A stretch of DNA of 64,000 bases from Hydrolagus colliei (Eukaryota), in the NCBI GenBank assembly GCA_035084275.1, contig CM068771.1:992001-1056000 (forward strand), written 5' to 3'. Position numbers and translations under genes: made by a program. Shown piece by piece: positions 42,681-54,848 of this stretch. The stretch's first letter is position 1; each line of letters opens with the position of its first letter. The notes under the pieces are model-generated. The model did no database searches. It was not told the origin of the DNA and saw nothing but the letters and a program-made list of their open reading frames with translations.

Positions 42681-44962
42681 CACTCGATGTGGACTTATAT
42701 TGGCTGGGAGCACTGCATAGTCTGATACTGACTGTGAGTAAGTATGTTTCTGATGTTTTGTACCTGTAGCTGGTGTTCAGTGGTTGTGTGTGTACTGTAC
42801 GTGTGTCCCTGTGTGAGTCTGTGTTTGTGAGTGAGAAACCAGAAACACTCTCCCGCACTAGGCTCTGTGATGCTATCATAGCCATTCTCGCCTGACTCCA
42901 CTGGCTTCCCATCATTCAGCGGATTCAATTCCAGATCCTGATCTTCAGCTTGAAAGCCCTCCATGACCTCGCTCACACTTCAGAGTACAGTATAGTAAAA
43001 TGAATTGACTGTATATTTGTGGGTGAAATTGCACACTGCAGCGTCCCACAAACAGTCGTGGATTGAAATGACCAATTTTTATTATTTTTTGTTGGATGGA
43101 TTATTAGGCACGTGGAGTAAGGAAACTTACCCAAGGTTTCGCCCTGACCTGCCTGGATTTGAACACAGATATCGTGCTTGTGAGGCGAGTGCTCTAACCA
43201 CTGAGCTGCAGGACTTCACAACCTTTCAGGAAATAATAAAATGATAAAAACGTAATAAGCCTTGCATTTGATATAGCGCTTTTCACATCTTATCGACGTC
43301 TCAAAGCGCTTCGCAGAATATACTGTAAAGTGAAGTGACTGTATACAGTATTTGTGTGCAAAATGTGGCAGCCAATTGTGCACAGCAGTGTCCCACAAGC
43401 AGTCGTGGATTGAAATGACCACTTTTATTAATGTGTTTTTGTTTGGAGGGATTATTATTAGGCGCATGTTTGTGGAGTAATGAAACTTGCCTAAGGTTTG
43501 GCCCTGATCTGCTTGGATTCAAACACAGGTCTCATAAGGCGAGTGCTTTAACCACTGAGCTGCATAAATGAATTAGTGGCCTCACTGGAATTTGAGATTA
43601 TAACTCCGTTTATGGAACCCAAAGTCCAAAATACAACAAACTCATACCCCATCCCCACCCACCCCACCCCACCGCCACGCACCCTGAACCTTAGGCTTCA
43701 CCAAGTACAGTACAGTACTAAGTACAGTATCTCTGATAGGGGTCATAATCTTAATATTAAGGGTCAGCCTTTTGGAACAGAGTTGAGGAAATATTTTTTC
43801 TCTCAGAGGGTAGTGAATTTAGAAGGCTGTAGATGCTCATTCCTTGAACATTTTCAAGGCTGAGACTGATAGATTTTTTTTTAAAAAGGAGGGGTTAGGG
43901 GATATGGGGATAGGGCAGGTAATTAGAGTTAGGTGAGAAGATCAGCCATGATCTTATCAAATGGTGGGGCAGGCTCGAGGGGCCGAATGGCGTACTCCTG
44001 CTCCTAATTCTTATGTTCTTCAATGCATAATTCCGAATGAATTCCACTATTTGGCCTGTACATAAGCCGCACTCTCCCACACATACTATCTCACGTGCAA
44101 ACACACTCTGGTAAGCATGCACATTCATGCAAACACACACTTAAGTACACACAAACACTCTCACATGCGCACGCACACTCAAGCAAACACACATATGCAC
44201 AAAAAAAGCATGCTTGGACACACACCTACATACACATGTACACTCACTCACGCACACAGACTTGCTCACACACATGCACATTCTAACATGTATACACACT
44301 CTCTCATGCACATACATTCTATCATATGCACACTTGCACTCTCACACAGGTACACTCTCAAACACTTGCACAGTCTTGCACACATGCACACTCACAAACA
44401 CCTAAAGACTCACACACTCTTGTGCACACACTTCCTTACGTGTACACACACTCACATACACACACCAGCATGCACTCACATGGACACTCTCAAGTGTGCA
44501 CAAATGCATACACACTTACACACTCTGATGCACATACAAGGTCCCGCATACACTTTTACATGCTAAAGAATCTTGCACACACTCACAGAGTCACTCACAT
44601 GCACAGACACTTGAAAGCACAAATACTATCAAGTGCATGGATACACTTGTGTGCCCAGACACTCTTTTACACAGAATAGACTGTAAAGTGAATTGACTGC
44701 ATATTTGTGGGTGAAACGCAGCAGCCAATTACACACAGCATGTCCCACCAAACAGTTGTGGAATGAAATGACCAATTGTAATTTTTTTTCGAGGGATTAT
44801 TATTAGGCGCGTGGAATAAGGAAACCTGCCTTAAGGTTTTGCCCTGACCTACCTGGATTTGAACATAGGTCTCATGCTTGTAAGGTGAGTGCTCTAACCA
44901 CTGAGCTACAGGGCTCCCAATATTTTTTAAAAATCACACAATAATGGGACATAGGCCACAGA

Positions 44963-45480
44963 ACATTGTCACCAAGATATCCATGAAGCCATGGGATGGT
45001 GGAAAGAACAATACAAATGATAAGAAAAGTGTGGATGAAAGCCGAGGAATCAAAGAAAGATAAACTTTTGGCATTACTAGTGTACAGAAATAGTGTACAG
45101 ATGCCAGAACAGAAGATGATATCCAGAGGATTAAGAGATGGGTTAATAATGGTTCATATGGGAGGAAATTCAATTCAGGTCACACAGAGACAGAGAAATT
45201 GGAAGAAACAAGGGCAAGAGCCTTGGAGGGTAAAACCTGCTCCAAAAAAAAGCAGCCAAAAACTGAATGCTGGATCAAAGGGAAAATTCAAGGGAAAGAT
45301 AAGAACTCCAGATCCTATTGGGTGAAAGATGAAAAAAGGAAAGATATATAGACAAACATCATGGGAGATTCAAAAAAAGAACAGTAAAGTACATACAGGA
45401 GAAAAAGCAGAAGCAGAAGCAAGGAGTGGCAGAAACGGTTAGAAGTACTAGATGTGTAAGATAAATAAACAGATCACAAA
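44963..45480 (+). mobile_element. Ty3/Gypsy integrase relic
   Basis: TLSPRYP(stop)SHGMVERTIQMIRK...KDKLLALLVYRN matches the integrase core pattern TSSPxYPQSNGxxERxxQ...PYLALLxYRNTP. Confidence 0.6.
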
Positions 45481-45594
45481 CAACGATAGGACAAGATTGA
45501 AAAAAAAGGAAACAATAGCTCTCTGGCAGTATTGAGCTGGAGTATCAGTGTTAGTTAAACAATGGATTTATTATTCAGAAGATCACATTTCAAA

Positions 45595-48500
45595 CTATTT
45601 CACTAATTTCAACAATTCATGTAATGAGTACATCACAGCATGCTTCAGTTCCTCTCTGAATTTGGTCTGGGTCACAGCGTAGATGCAAGTGTTTGTGCAA
45701 CTGCTTGTAAGTTGAAGCATTATTCCAGTTTCGTACAGGATATAGACTGGGTCATTGTAGCCTGTGTAGGAAAAATAACTCGCTATTTGCCGATAAACAA
45801 AATACACGACATATGTCAGCCACAGCAGGATGAAACTGCCCGATATCGTGAAGAGTAAAACAATGGATTTCCTGCGTTTCTCACTCTCCGCATCATTGTG
45901 CTGCTCCGCGTTACTTAGCCCCCTCAGTCCCTTGCGCATTCGGTTGGAAGCTAAAATGAACTGGACAGTGACAAGGTTGAGAAGCAGAATGAGAAAGAAT
46001 GCAACCAATGGGGTTAGAATGGTGTAAGACCAAGCGTAGATTTCCCAGGCCCGGGAGCTGTAATAACTCTGTTTGGTCTTGCAGAACCAAGGCACGGTGT
46101 TAATTACATACCAAGGTTCATATATGAAATACCAGGGAATGTTTCTCCCACAGCTCAAGACACAAATTGTTCCAATCACGATGGCCGCAGTCCTGTCAGT
46201 GCAGTAATGGGTTCTGAGCTTCCGGATACAGATGGCAACGGAACGATCAAACGTGAAGGCAACGGTTAACCAGACGGAGGCATCTCCAGCTGCACAAAGT
46301 AGAACAGATCCGAGTGAGCAGACTGGGGTGAGGTCCAGGAAACACATTGGGAAATAGAGGAAATTGATCCGAGTCAATATGGCATCGGTGATTACTACCA
46401 GCATATCTGCTGTGGCCATAGCCACCAGGTAACGAGAGATACAGCGAGAGAGACCACACTTTCCTCTGGACAGGATCACAATAGACACAAGATTTACTGT
46501 CAGAAAGAATGAAAAAGAGGAATTGAATGACTGGTGATATATGGGATGTTATGGGAGGAAAGAATAAGGAGAGGTTACATTTCACATCGTTAAACCTGAA
46601 GAAAAATTGGAACAACAGAGAAACATTAGCAATCATTTCATTCCAGAATTAGATAAATAAACAATCATTTTGATAGCTTAATCCATAACTTTTTAAGGGA
46701 CACTACCGTTACATAATTGGTTGCTCAATTTCATCCAAAAACATACAGTCAATTCACTTTGCACTATATTCTGTGAAGCACTTTGAAATACAGGTAGACC
46801 CCGCTTAACGTCGCCCCAATTAACATTTTTTCATTATTACTAGCTATACCCCACCCACCCCCCACCCCCGTAACATATGCGGCCTAGTGTTTTTCAACAC
46901 ATTTATTCATGTATTTTAAAACTTAAAAAAAAAATGTCTTTACTGTTTGCAAAAAAACCGTGAGCTTTAATCACTGGGTTGTTTTATTTTGGGTTTTTTA
47001 AAGCTGTATTGGTTTTTGTTTTCCTTTTGAAGTTCATTGTTCCAATTGCAGAAACATACCTAAGGCTTTTATATATATATGGATGTTGCTGATACATTGG
47101 GAACATATATTCAGGTAACGTTGCAATGTTCACTATTATGTCAATTCGCCAGTGGGTGGAAGAGGGGCACAACGGAGCTAGGACCTGCCCGTGAAGAGAG
47201 TGACATGACCACACTAGGGCTTGCCCATCAAGCTGGGAGTGAGCCAGGCCGGTAGGTTGGCAGCAAGTGAGATCAGCCAGCTCGCAGTGAGTGAGTGAGT
47301 TGGGCGGGCAGTCAGGGAGCGAGTATAATGTTTTTTTCAAGAAAATTTTGAGGAAAAATTCCAACAGAACCTAACTCCAGTTTTTACATTCATTCTTATA
47401 GGAAAAATGTATTCGTTTAACGTCGTAAAGTCGCACTTTTCAAGAACCAAATGGCTGTAAATGGGGTTTATCCATATTTAGAATACATGATAAGGCTCTA
47501 TAGCCAATGCAAGGAATATCATTAACACACATGTGTAAAAGTGGAAGTTGACACAACCATAAAAAGACTGGTAGGTTGATTGGTATTAGAAACAGAGAGT
47601 AGGAAAGCATAGATGTACCGCTAAACTGGAGAGCTAGTAGAGTGGTTAGTGTGCTAGCCTCACAAGTGAGGGAACCCGTGTTCGATCCCTGGGCGGGGTG
47701 AAAGTGGAGGCAAGTTTCCTTTCTCCAGAAACCTCTGTTTACTTAGCAGGAAGTAGGAATCCTGTTTTTTAAAAATCAATTGGGGTATCACTTGTTGGGG
47801 ATAATATTCTTTAAAAATGATAATAAATTGCTCACTTAATCTATGACTGTTTGTGGGACACTCCTAGGATAATTCACTGTTGCATTCCATTTACTAGTTT
47901 GTCAGAATCAAGATGAGTGTCAACATTCTGCACATGGACAAGATGAAAGCCATTATCTTTCACTCCCACCAACATCTCATTACCTCCGACTAACTTAGTC
48001 AACTTAAGAACATGAAATATTTGCAGGGCAAAGGAAGACCAAGATCCATCAAGTTCGCCTTCCAGCATCATGGCAGATGCTTGACATGTGTACCAAACTA
48101 TATCCTGTATTCTGAGACACTTGTGGAGCTGCTGCAGCTCAGTGGTTTGAGCGTTCGCTTACAAGCGAGAGACATGTGTTTCGAATCCAGACAGGTCAGG
48201 GTGAAATCTTGGGCAAGTTTCCTTACTCCACACACCTAATAATAATCCACCCAAAAACAATCTATAATAAATTGGTCATTTCAATCCAAGACTGTTTGTG
48301 GGACAAGGCTGAGCATAATTGGCTGCCATGTTTCACCCACAAATATATAGACAATTCACTTTGGAGTATATTCTGTGAAGCACTTTAGGACATCTAGAAG
48401 ACGTGAAAAATGCCACATCAAATGCAAGGATTATTATTAAATAATTTTGTAGCGTTAATCTATTAAATTTGTTCTTGAAACAAACAACACTTTCTGCTTC

Positions 48501-51435
48501 CACTGTCTGTCTCCCTGGGGAGCCTGTTCCATAAATTTACTACTTGTTCACAAGAATGCAATAGCATGGAATATCTCTAGAATGGAATATCAGCCATGAT
48601 TGCATGGCGGGGCATTCTCCGAATGGCTTACTCCTGCTGCTACTTCTTATGTTCTTATGATCACTGAATAGTGTTTCCAGATGAGAACAGATTTGTTCTG
48701 AATTGATCCACACCTTAAATCTCAGACTATGTCCTGTGATTCTACTATTCAATACAATGTAAAACAGCTTACCGTGGTCCACATTATCCTTCCTCCCGCA
48801 CAGTTTACTTCCATCTCTGCCATCTCCGTGTTACTGTTAATACCTCACCCCAAAAGCTAGCAAAACCATGGTCCATGCCTCTGTCACCTCTTAGTTGGAT
48901 TACTATAACCACCTCCTCACCTGTCTCGCCTCCTCCGCCATCGGCAAAATTCAGCTCATACAAACTCCGCCACCCACATTCTTGCCCACAATAAACTTTA
49001 CCCCAATTACCCTAGACCTTCCGAAATCTCACTGGCTCCCTGTCATAGAATGGATCGACTTCAAGATCCTCACTCTTGTGTTTAAAACCCTCCACTAATG
49101 GAGGCCCCTACCTCTCTAACCTCCTCTCTCCTCACAGCAGTACCCGCTGGCTCCAGCCTTCAGGGTTCAGCATCTGTTCCACCATCGGCAACTAAACCAG
49201 TGCACAATTATCCTACCACATTTTGTTCCTGACCAAGGTCTCTCTCCTCTGTTCTCCAACACAATTTCACAACCTTCGCCTTGATTTCTGAAGTCAACCC
49301 TCCTGTTCTTACCACTTTCTCATCTGTTTCTCCTCTCGCATCCCTCTCTACTCCACCAAGCTCTCAACCATTCTCTACCACCTGTGGAAAAGGCTACCCC
49401 CTGAGATCCTAACAAAGGCCCTCACACCCTTTGACTCTTGTATACCTCTGAATTCCAGGAACATCTCCAAACCCACCCAATCCCCCTGGTATAACACTCA
49501 TATCCGTTCCCTGAAAACCCAAACCCAGCTGTTTCAGCAAAGATGGCAGAAAACTGGCCTGACAGTTCACCTCCAACTGTGGCTCGAGCATCTCCACACC
49601 TTCCACCATTCTTTGTCGTGTAAACACCTTTCTACTCCACGTAATTCTGGTCCCACATTTAAAGCCTTCCACAATCTCGCCCCACCCTATATCCATGACT
49701 TCTTATGCCCTTACCAACCTGCCTGTTCCCTCCACTCAGCAGGCTCTGGCTGGTCCCACATCCCCCGACCTACCTGACTCACCCACCCCTTCTGCTCAAC
49801 ATGCTCTGACCTGCTTCAGTCCCCGATCCACCCAACCCATTATTGGTGTGTGAGCCTTTAGGCACTCTGCCCCCAACCTCTGGAACACCAGCCCGCACTC
49901 CCTCCACGTTGCCCCCTCCCTGGCCTCTTTTAAGCCTTGCCCCAAGACTCTCCTCTTTGATGGACTCATCGGCAACTCCTAATCACCCGCTTCCCTCCCC
50001 CATCCTGTCCTCAGCTTGGGTCTGAAGCAGTCCAGTGTCCAGTGACTGTCCTCCTGATGTGAAAGGTGCTATGCAAGTGTAATTTTGTTGCTTGTTATTG
50101 TTGGATGAAAAAAACAACCCCAAAGCCCTTTTTTTCCACCACCCACTACTTCCTCCATGCGCTCCCTCGGCCTCCTCAATCTTCACTTGAAATACACCAG
50201 GCAGCCTCATCCTCCTGCCTCTTGTCGCCCATCACCATGACTCTTCCGGACCCATCACCCTCTCCATCATCAGCTGCCTCCCCATCTTCCCTTCCTCCCT
50301 CTCTCCCTCATTAAACTGTTCATCCATCATATATTATGCTCAAATATGTGGCATGCGACTTCAAACCCACAATCAGACTGAGTGGCAAAAATGTTACCAA
50401 CTGGGTCAAGTTTGGCACCTCATTTAATTTTAGTCTCTTGCTCAGTGCTCGTAACCTTTATTATTCCTGCTCTTTAAGCATCTGATACATTTCCTTTTGA
50501 ATGACAGATAGACATTCAACTACGAATTTTGTAGAGGATTCAACAGTCAAATTTTGCATCACAATCAGCTGCTTAGTTGTTACAGCAAGCATGAGGACCT
50601 GGAGTCGATTCTTGGGCAGAGCAAAATGTTGGGGAGTTTCCTTGCTCCACACACAAACACCTCTGTTTCATCCATAAAATATACAGTTCTCTTAGATCCT
50701 CACTGTTGTGTTTAAATCCCTCCACTCTTCTGCACCCACCTACCTCTCTAACCTCCTCTCTCCTCACAGCGGTACCTGTTGCCTCCGCTCTACTGGGTCT
50801 GGCCTCCACCTTGTCTCCCGAATCCTCTGCTCAACCCCTGGTGGCTTTTCTTTCAGTCACTACTCCCTGGGGCTCTGCAACTCCCTCCTTCACTCCCTTC
50901 ACCTCGCCCCCTCCATTTCCATTTTCATTTCGTGCCTGAAGACCTTTATGTTCAACCGCATCTATAGTTATCTTTCCCCTCCCGCAGCTTGGCCTTGGGC
51001 TCCACTATTGTGAAGTGCTCCGAGACAACGTCTGGTGTGGAGGGCGCTATATAAACCCAAGTTGTTGTTGTTGTTAACCTAGTGGTAAGTAGGAATCCTG
51101 GATCATTTTTCAGGCAGTAATAATCTGTTCAAAAATATACTAATTTGATCACTCAGTCGACGACTGTGTGTAGGACAATGCTGCACCCCACTGGTTTCTA
51201 CATTTCACCCTCAAAGTATAGTCAATTGACTTTACATTATACAGTATTCTGTGAAGTGCTTTGAGATGTCTTGGAAGAAGACATGCAAGAGTTATTATTG
51301 TTATATTAAATTAATTCTCAGACTTGTCTTACCCAGAACACCAATTACTGCGAGAATTGGATAAAAAATGTACATAATCTGAAAAATAGCATCTGTCTGA
51401 TATTTTTTTTCAGAGAAGTCATGATATCTATCCAT
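45595..51435 (-). CDS. Orphan class A GPCR (chondrichthyan GPR139-like family) copy A, join(51435-51333,46496-45595), 334 aa
   Basis: Exon 1 MDRYHD...IFYPILAVIGVL with phase-1 donor G|gtaag and an in-frame stop upstream of the ATG; exon 2 acceptor tgacag|; 7 TM segments, RGKCGLSRC, AFTFDRSVAIC, SSCTNTCIY; AATAAA at 45572-45567. Confidence 0.88.
46791..47474. mobile_element. Degenerate Tc1/mariner (Tigger/pogo-like) non-autonomous element
   Basis: TA-flanked end caggtagaccccgcttaacgtcg; degenerate right end with ttaacgtcg...cttttcaagaacc. Confidence 0.5.
48780..50100 (+). mobile_element. Mosaic of degenerate L2 fragments
   Basis: [29 protein letters not shown], tail near 50060-50100. Confidence 0.65.
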
Positions 51436-51474
51436 TCTGAAGGTTCAGAACTGCACTGAGGTACACTGAGAAGC

Positions 51475-51487
51475 CGTATATATAAAG
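51475..51487 (-). promoter_or_regulatory. TATA box candidate (TATATATA) of GPCR copy A
   Basis: About 45 nt upstream of the ATG at 51435. Confidence 0.45.
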
Positions 51488-52084
51488 GGAACCTCCTACA
51501 GCCATGCACTCAGGTGCCTAATAGCCTAGGATCTAATTAAGATTAATTACACTCATTTGAACAAACTGATTAAGAATCACCTACCTTTCAATAATACATT
51601 TTTTTTTACTGGTCACTGAATCCATGACTGTTTGTGGGACACTGCTGTATTTCATCCATAACATATTCAGTCCATTCACTTAATGGTATATTTTGTGAAG
51701 TGCTTTGAGACAACTCAAAGACCTGTTGATGCATTTTATCAAGTAATTGTTATTATTTTCAGCCCATCTTATATTTAATACTTTAGTCAGTGGATTCTGG
51801 ATTCAAGGTATACATTGAGCTTTACAGTTCACAGTCCAGGCTGACACTCCAGTTCAGTGCTGGATTAGTGTTGCTCTGCCACAGGATATATTAAAATTGA
51901 AGTCGCTTGTGTACTGTTAAGTTATACCTTAAAGATCCCATGGATCTACCCAAAAAGAAAATAATCTATTTCACCTAGTTTGTTCCAGTAATAATAATAA
52001 TCCTTGTATTTGATATAGTGCCTTTCACATTTTCTTGATGACTCAATGCACTTCCAAGGAATATACAGTACAGTTAACCCTCAT

Positions 52085-54440
52085 CCAAAACCAAAAGAGC
52101 AGTGGTCTCAGTACCAATCCCTGTGGGACACTACTGTACATTTGGTCAGAAAAACAGCCGTTCACCACAACTTTCTGCTTTCTGTCTCGCAGTCAGTTCT
52201 GTATCCATGCTGCCACTGTCCCTTTAATGCTGTGGGCCTCTATTTTCTTTGTAGGCCCTTTATGTGGCACTTTGTCAAATGCCTTTTGAAAGTCCATGTA
52301 AACTACATCAACTGCACTACCCTCATCCACCCATTCCATGACCTCATCAAAAACTTCTATCAGATTTGTCAGACAAGATTTGCCTTTAGCAAATCCGTGC
52401 TGACTATCCTTTTTTAATCTACATCTTTCTAAAAGAAGATCTAGAAGTTTCCCCACTACCGATGTTAGACTGACCGGCCTGTTGTTCCCACGTTTGTCCT
52501 TCTGCCCCCTTTTTGTACAGGGGAGTAACGATTGCAACCTTCCAGTCCTCTGGCACCACTCCTGTGTCCAAGGAAGATTTAAAGATCATGGCCAGAGCCT
52601 CTGTAATTTGCTCCGGTACTTCCCTAGGATGTATCCCATCTGGAACTGTCGACGTATGTACCTTGAGCGCAGTCAACCATTTTAGTACTTCCTCTCTGTT
52701 TATACTTATCCTTTCCATTTACTCTACCCTCTCCTCTGGTACTGTGGCATTGGCTGCATCCTCTTCTCTTGTGAAGACAGATGCAAAGTACTCATTCAGT
52801 ACATTAGCCTTGCCCTCTGCCTCCACAATAAGATTTCCTTCTTGGTCCCTAGTTGGCCTCACTCTACCTTCGGCTAACCTTTTATTCTTGATATGCTTGT
52901 AAAATACCTCAGGGTTCCCGTTAAGGTTACCAGCTAATCATTTATCGTAGTCGTTTTTTGCCTCTCTAATTTCCTTTTTCAGTTCACCCCTGCATTTCCT
53001 ATATTCTGTTTGGTTGTCTTCTGTACTTCGGGCATGACATTTGCCATAAGCTTCCTTTGTTTGTTTTATTTTAGTCCCAATTTTCCTAGTTATCCCGAGA
53101 GGTTTGGATGCCCTATGTTTTACTTTTGTAGGAATGAATTTGTTCTGTGCTTAAACTATCTCCTCCTTGAAGAATTCCCACTGCTCCTTAGCTGTTTTAC
53201 CTGCCAATCTTTCATTCCAGTCCACTTTGGTTAGCTCCCTTTTTAACTCACTGGAATTAGCCTTCTTCACGTATCCATGACTGGATAGGTGAGTAAATTC
53301 ACCTTTGATGTTTCCTTGTCTCTTTCCATAAGTATTCTGAATCTAATGATGTCGTGATCACTATTGCCCAGGTGGTCTCCTACTGAAACCTGCTCTACTT
53401 GCCCCACTTCATTCCCCAGAACTAGATCCAGCACTGCTTCCTTCCTCATTGGACTCGAAACATACTGATCAAGAAATTTGTCGTGTACACATTTCAGGAA
53501 TCCTTCTCCCTCCTTGGCCTTTATACTGCTATTTTACCAGTCTAGGTTGGGATAATTGAAGTCCAGCCTTAATCACTACTCTATTCGCTTTACATCTTTC
53601 TGAAATCTTTTGCAAATCTGCTTGTCTATCCCTTTCTCACTAAGTGGTGGTCTGTAGTGTACGCCTAACAGTGTAAAAGCTCCTTTTTGTTCCTTAACGC
53701 TAACCAGATAGATTCTGTTTGTAGACCTTCTTGCACCTCGTTCCTTTCTAAGGCTGTAACCGTCTCTTTAATTAATATTGGCACTCCCCCTCCTTTTATT
53801 CTTTCTCTATCCCTCCTCAATATATTATAGTCAGGAATGTTCAGTTCCCATTGCTGCCCTTGTTTGAGCCAAGTCTCCATTCCCTTGCAGCAACTTGGGC
53901 CTATTTTGTTTGTCAAACTCCACGCATTTAGACACATGCACTCCAAGACAGACTTAGCCTGTATTTTCCCCCATCTTATCTCTCCCCTTTCCGGTCTACT
54001 GCGTTTTGCATTCCAATCTCCCCTCAAAATTAGTTTAACCTGCATCCCCCCTACAGCATTAGATAATCTTCCTTTAAGGACATTGGTCCCGCACTGGCTA
54101 GATGCAACCCTTCCATCTTGTACTGGTTCCACCCGCCCGAAATGGTTCCAATGATCCAGGAACCTGAAGCCCTCCTTTCCACACCACTTCTCCAACCATG
54201 CATTCATGTGCTTGATCCTACCATTTTGGAACTCACTTGCATGGGGCACCAGGAGTAGTCCAGAGATTGCCATCAATGAGGATCCACACTTTAGTTATTT
54301 CCCCTAGCTTCTGATACTCTCCCTGTAGCATCTCAGCCACTTCCTCCCAACATCTTGGGTCCCCGCATTGACTACCACTTCTGGATGTTCCCCTTCACCC
54401 TGTAGAATCTTATGCACCCTTTCGTTGATGTCTTCAACCC
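52085..54440 (-). mobile_element. Long degenerate CR1 LINE: ORF1 (SGNH-esterase-like), endonuclease and RT fragments
   Basis: VVVNAGTQDVGR, NAWLEKWCGKEGFRFLDHW, CLNAWSLTNK, ETWLKQG, AVLDLVLGNE, SDHDII, YMDFQKAFDKVPH. Confidence 0.9.
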
Positions 54441-54848
54441 TGGAGGGAACATACCATCCAAGACTAATTCTATCTCTTTGGGTCCTCAGCAGCTTATTTG
54501 GATTTAAAGGAGGTGGTTGATAATGTGCAGACAAATGAATAGCTAATGGAACAGATGGAAAGGTGAAAAGCCATGTGACAGTCGGAATTAAGGACTATTT
54601 GCTTTATTTGTGGAGTATAACATCACAATGTGTTACAATTTTTGATTGTTGCAAAAACCTTTAACAAGCTGGATCGAGTGAATGATATCTAACTGTAAAA
54701 AATATCTAGTAAAACAATAATAGACATTTTCCAACATGAAGAGCTCTTTATCCAATCTCACGATTATTATTTCAAACAAATATAAAGATATTTCTAACAC
54801 AGTCTATTTGTATCTATAATATTTTGAAGACCAAAGAGAGCAGGACAG

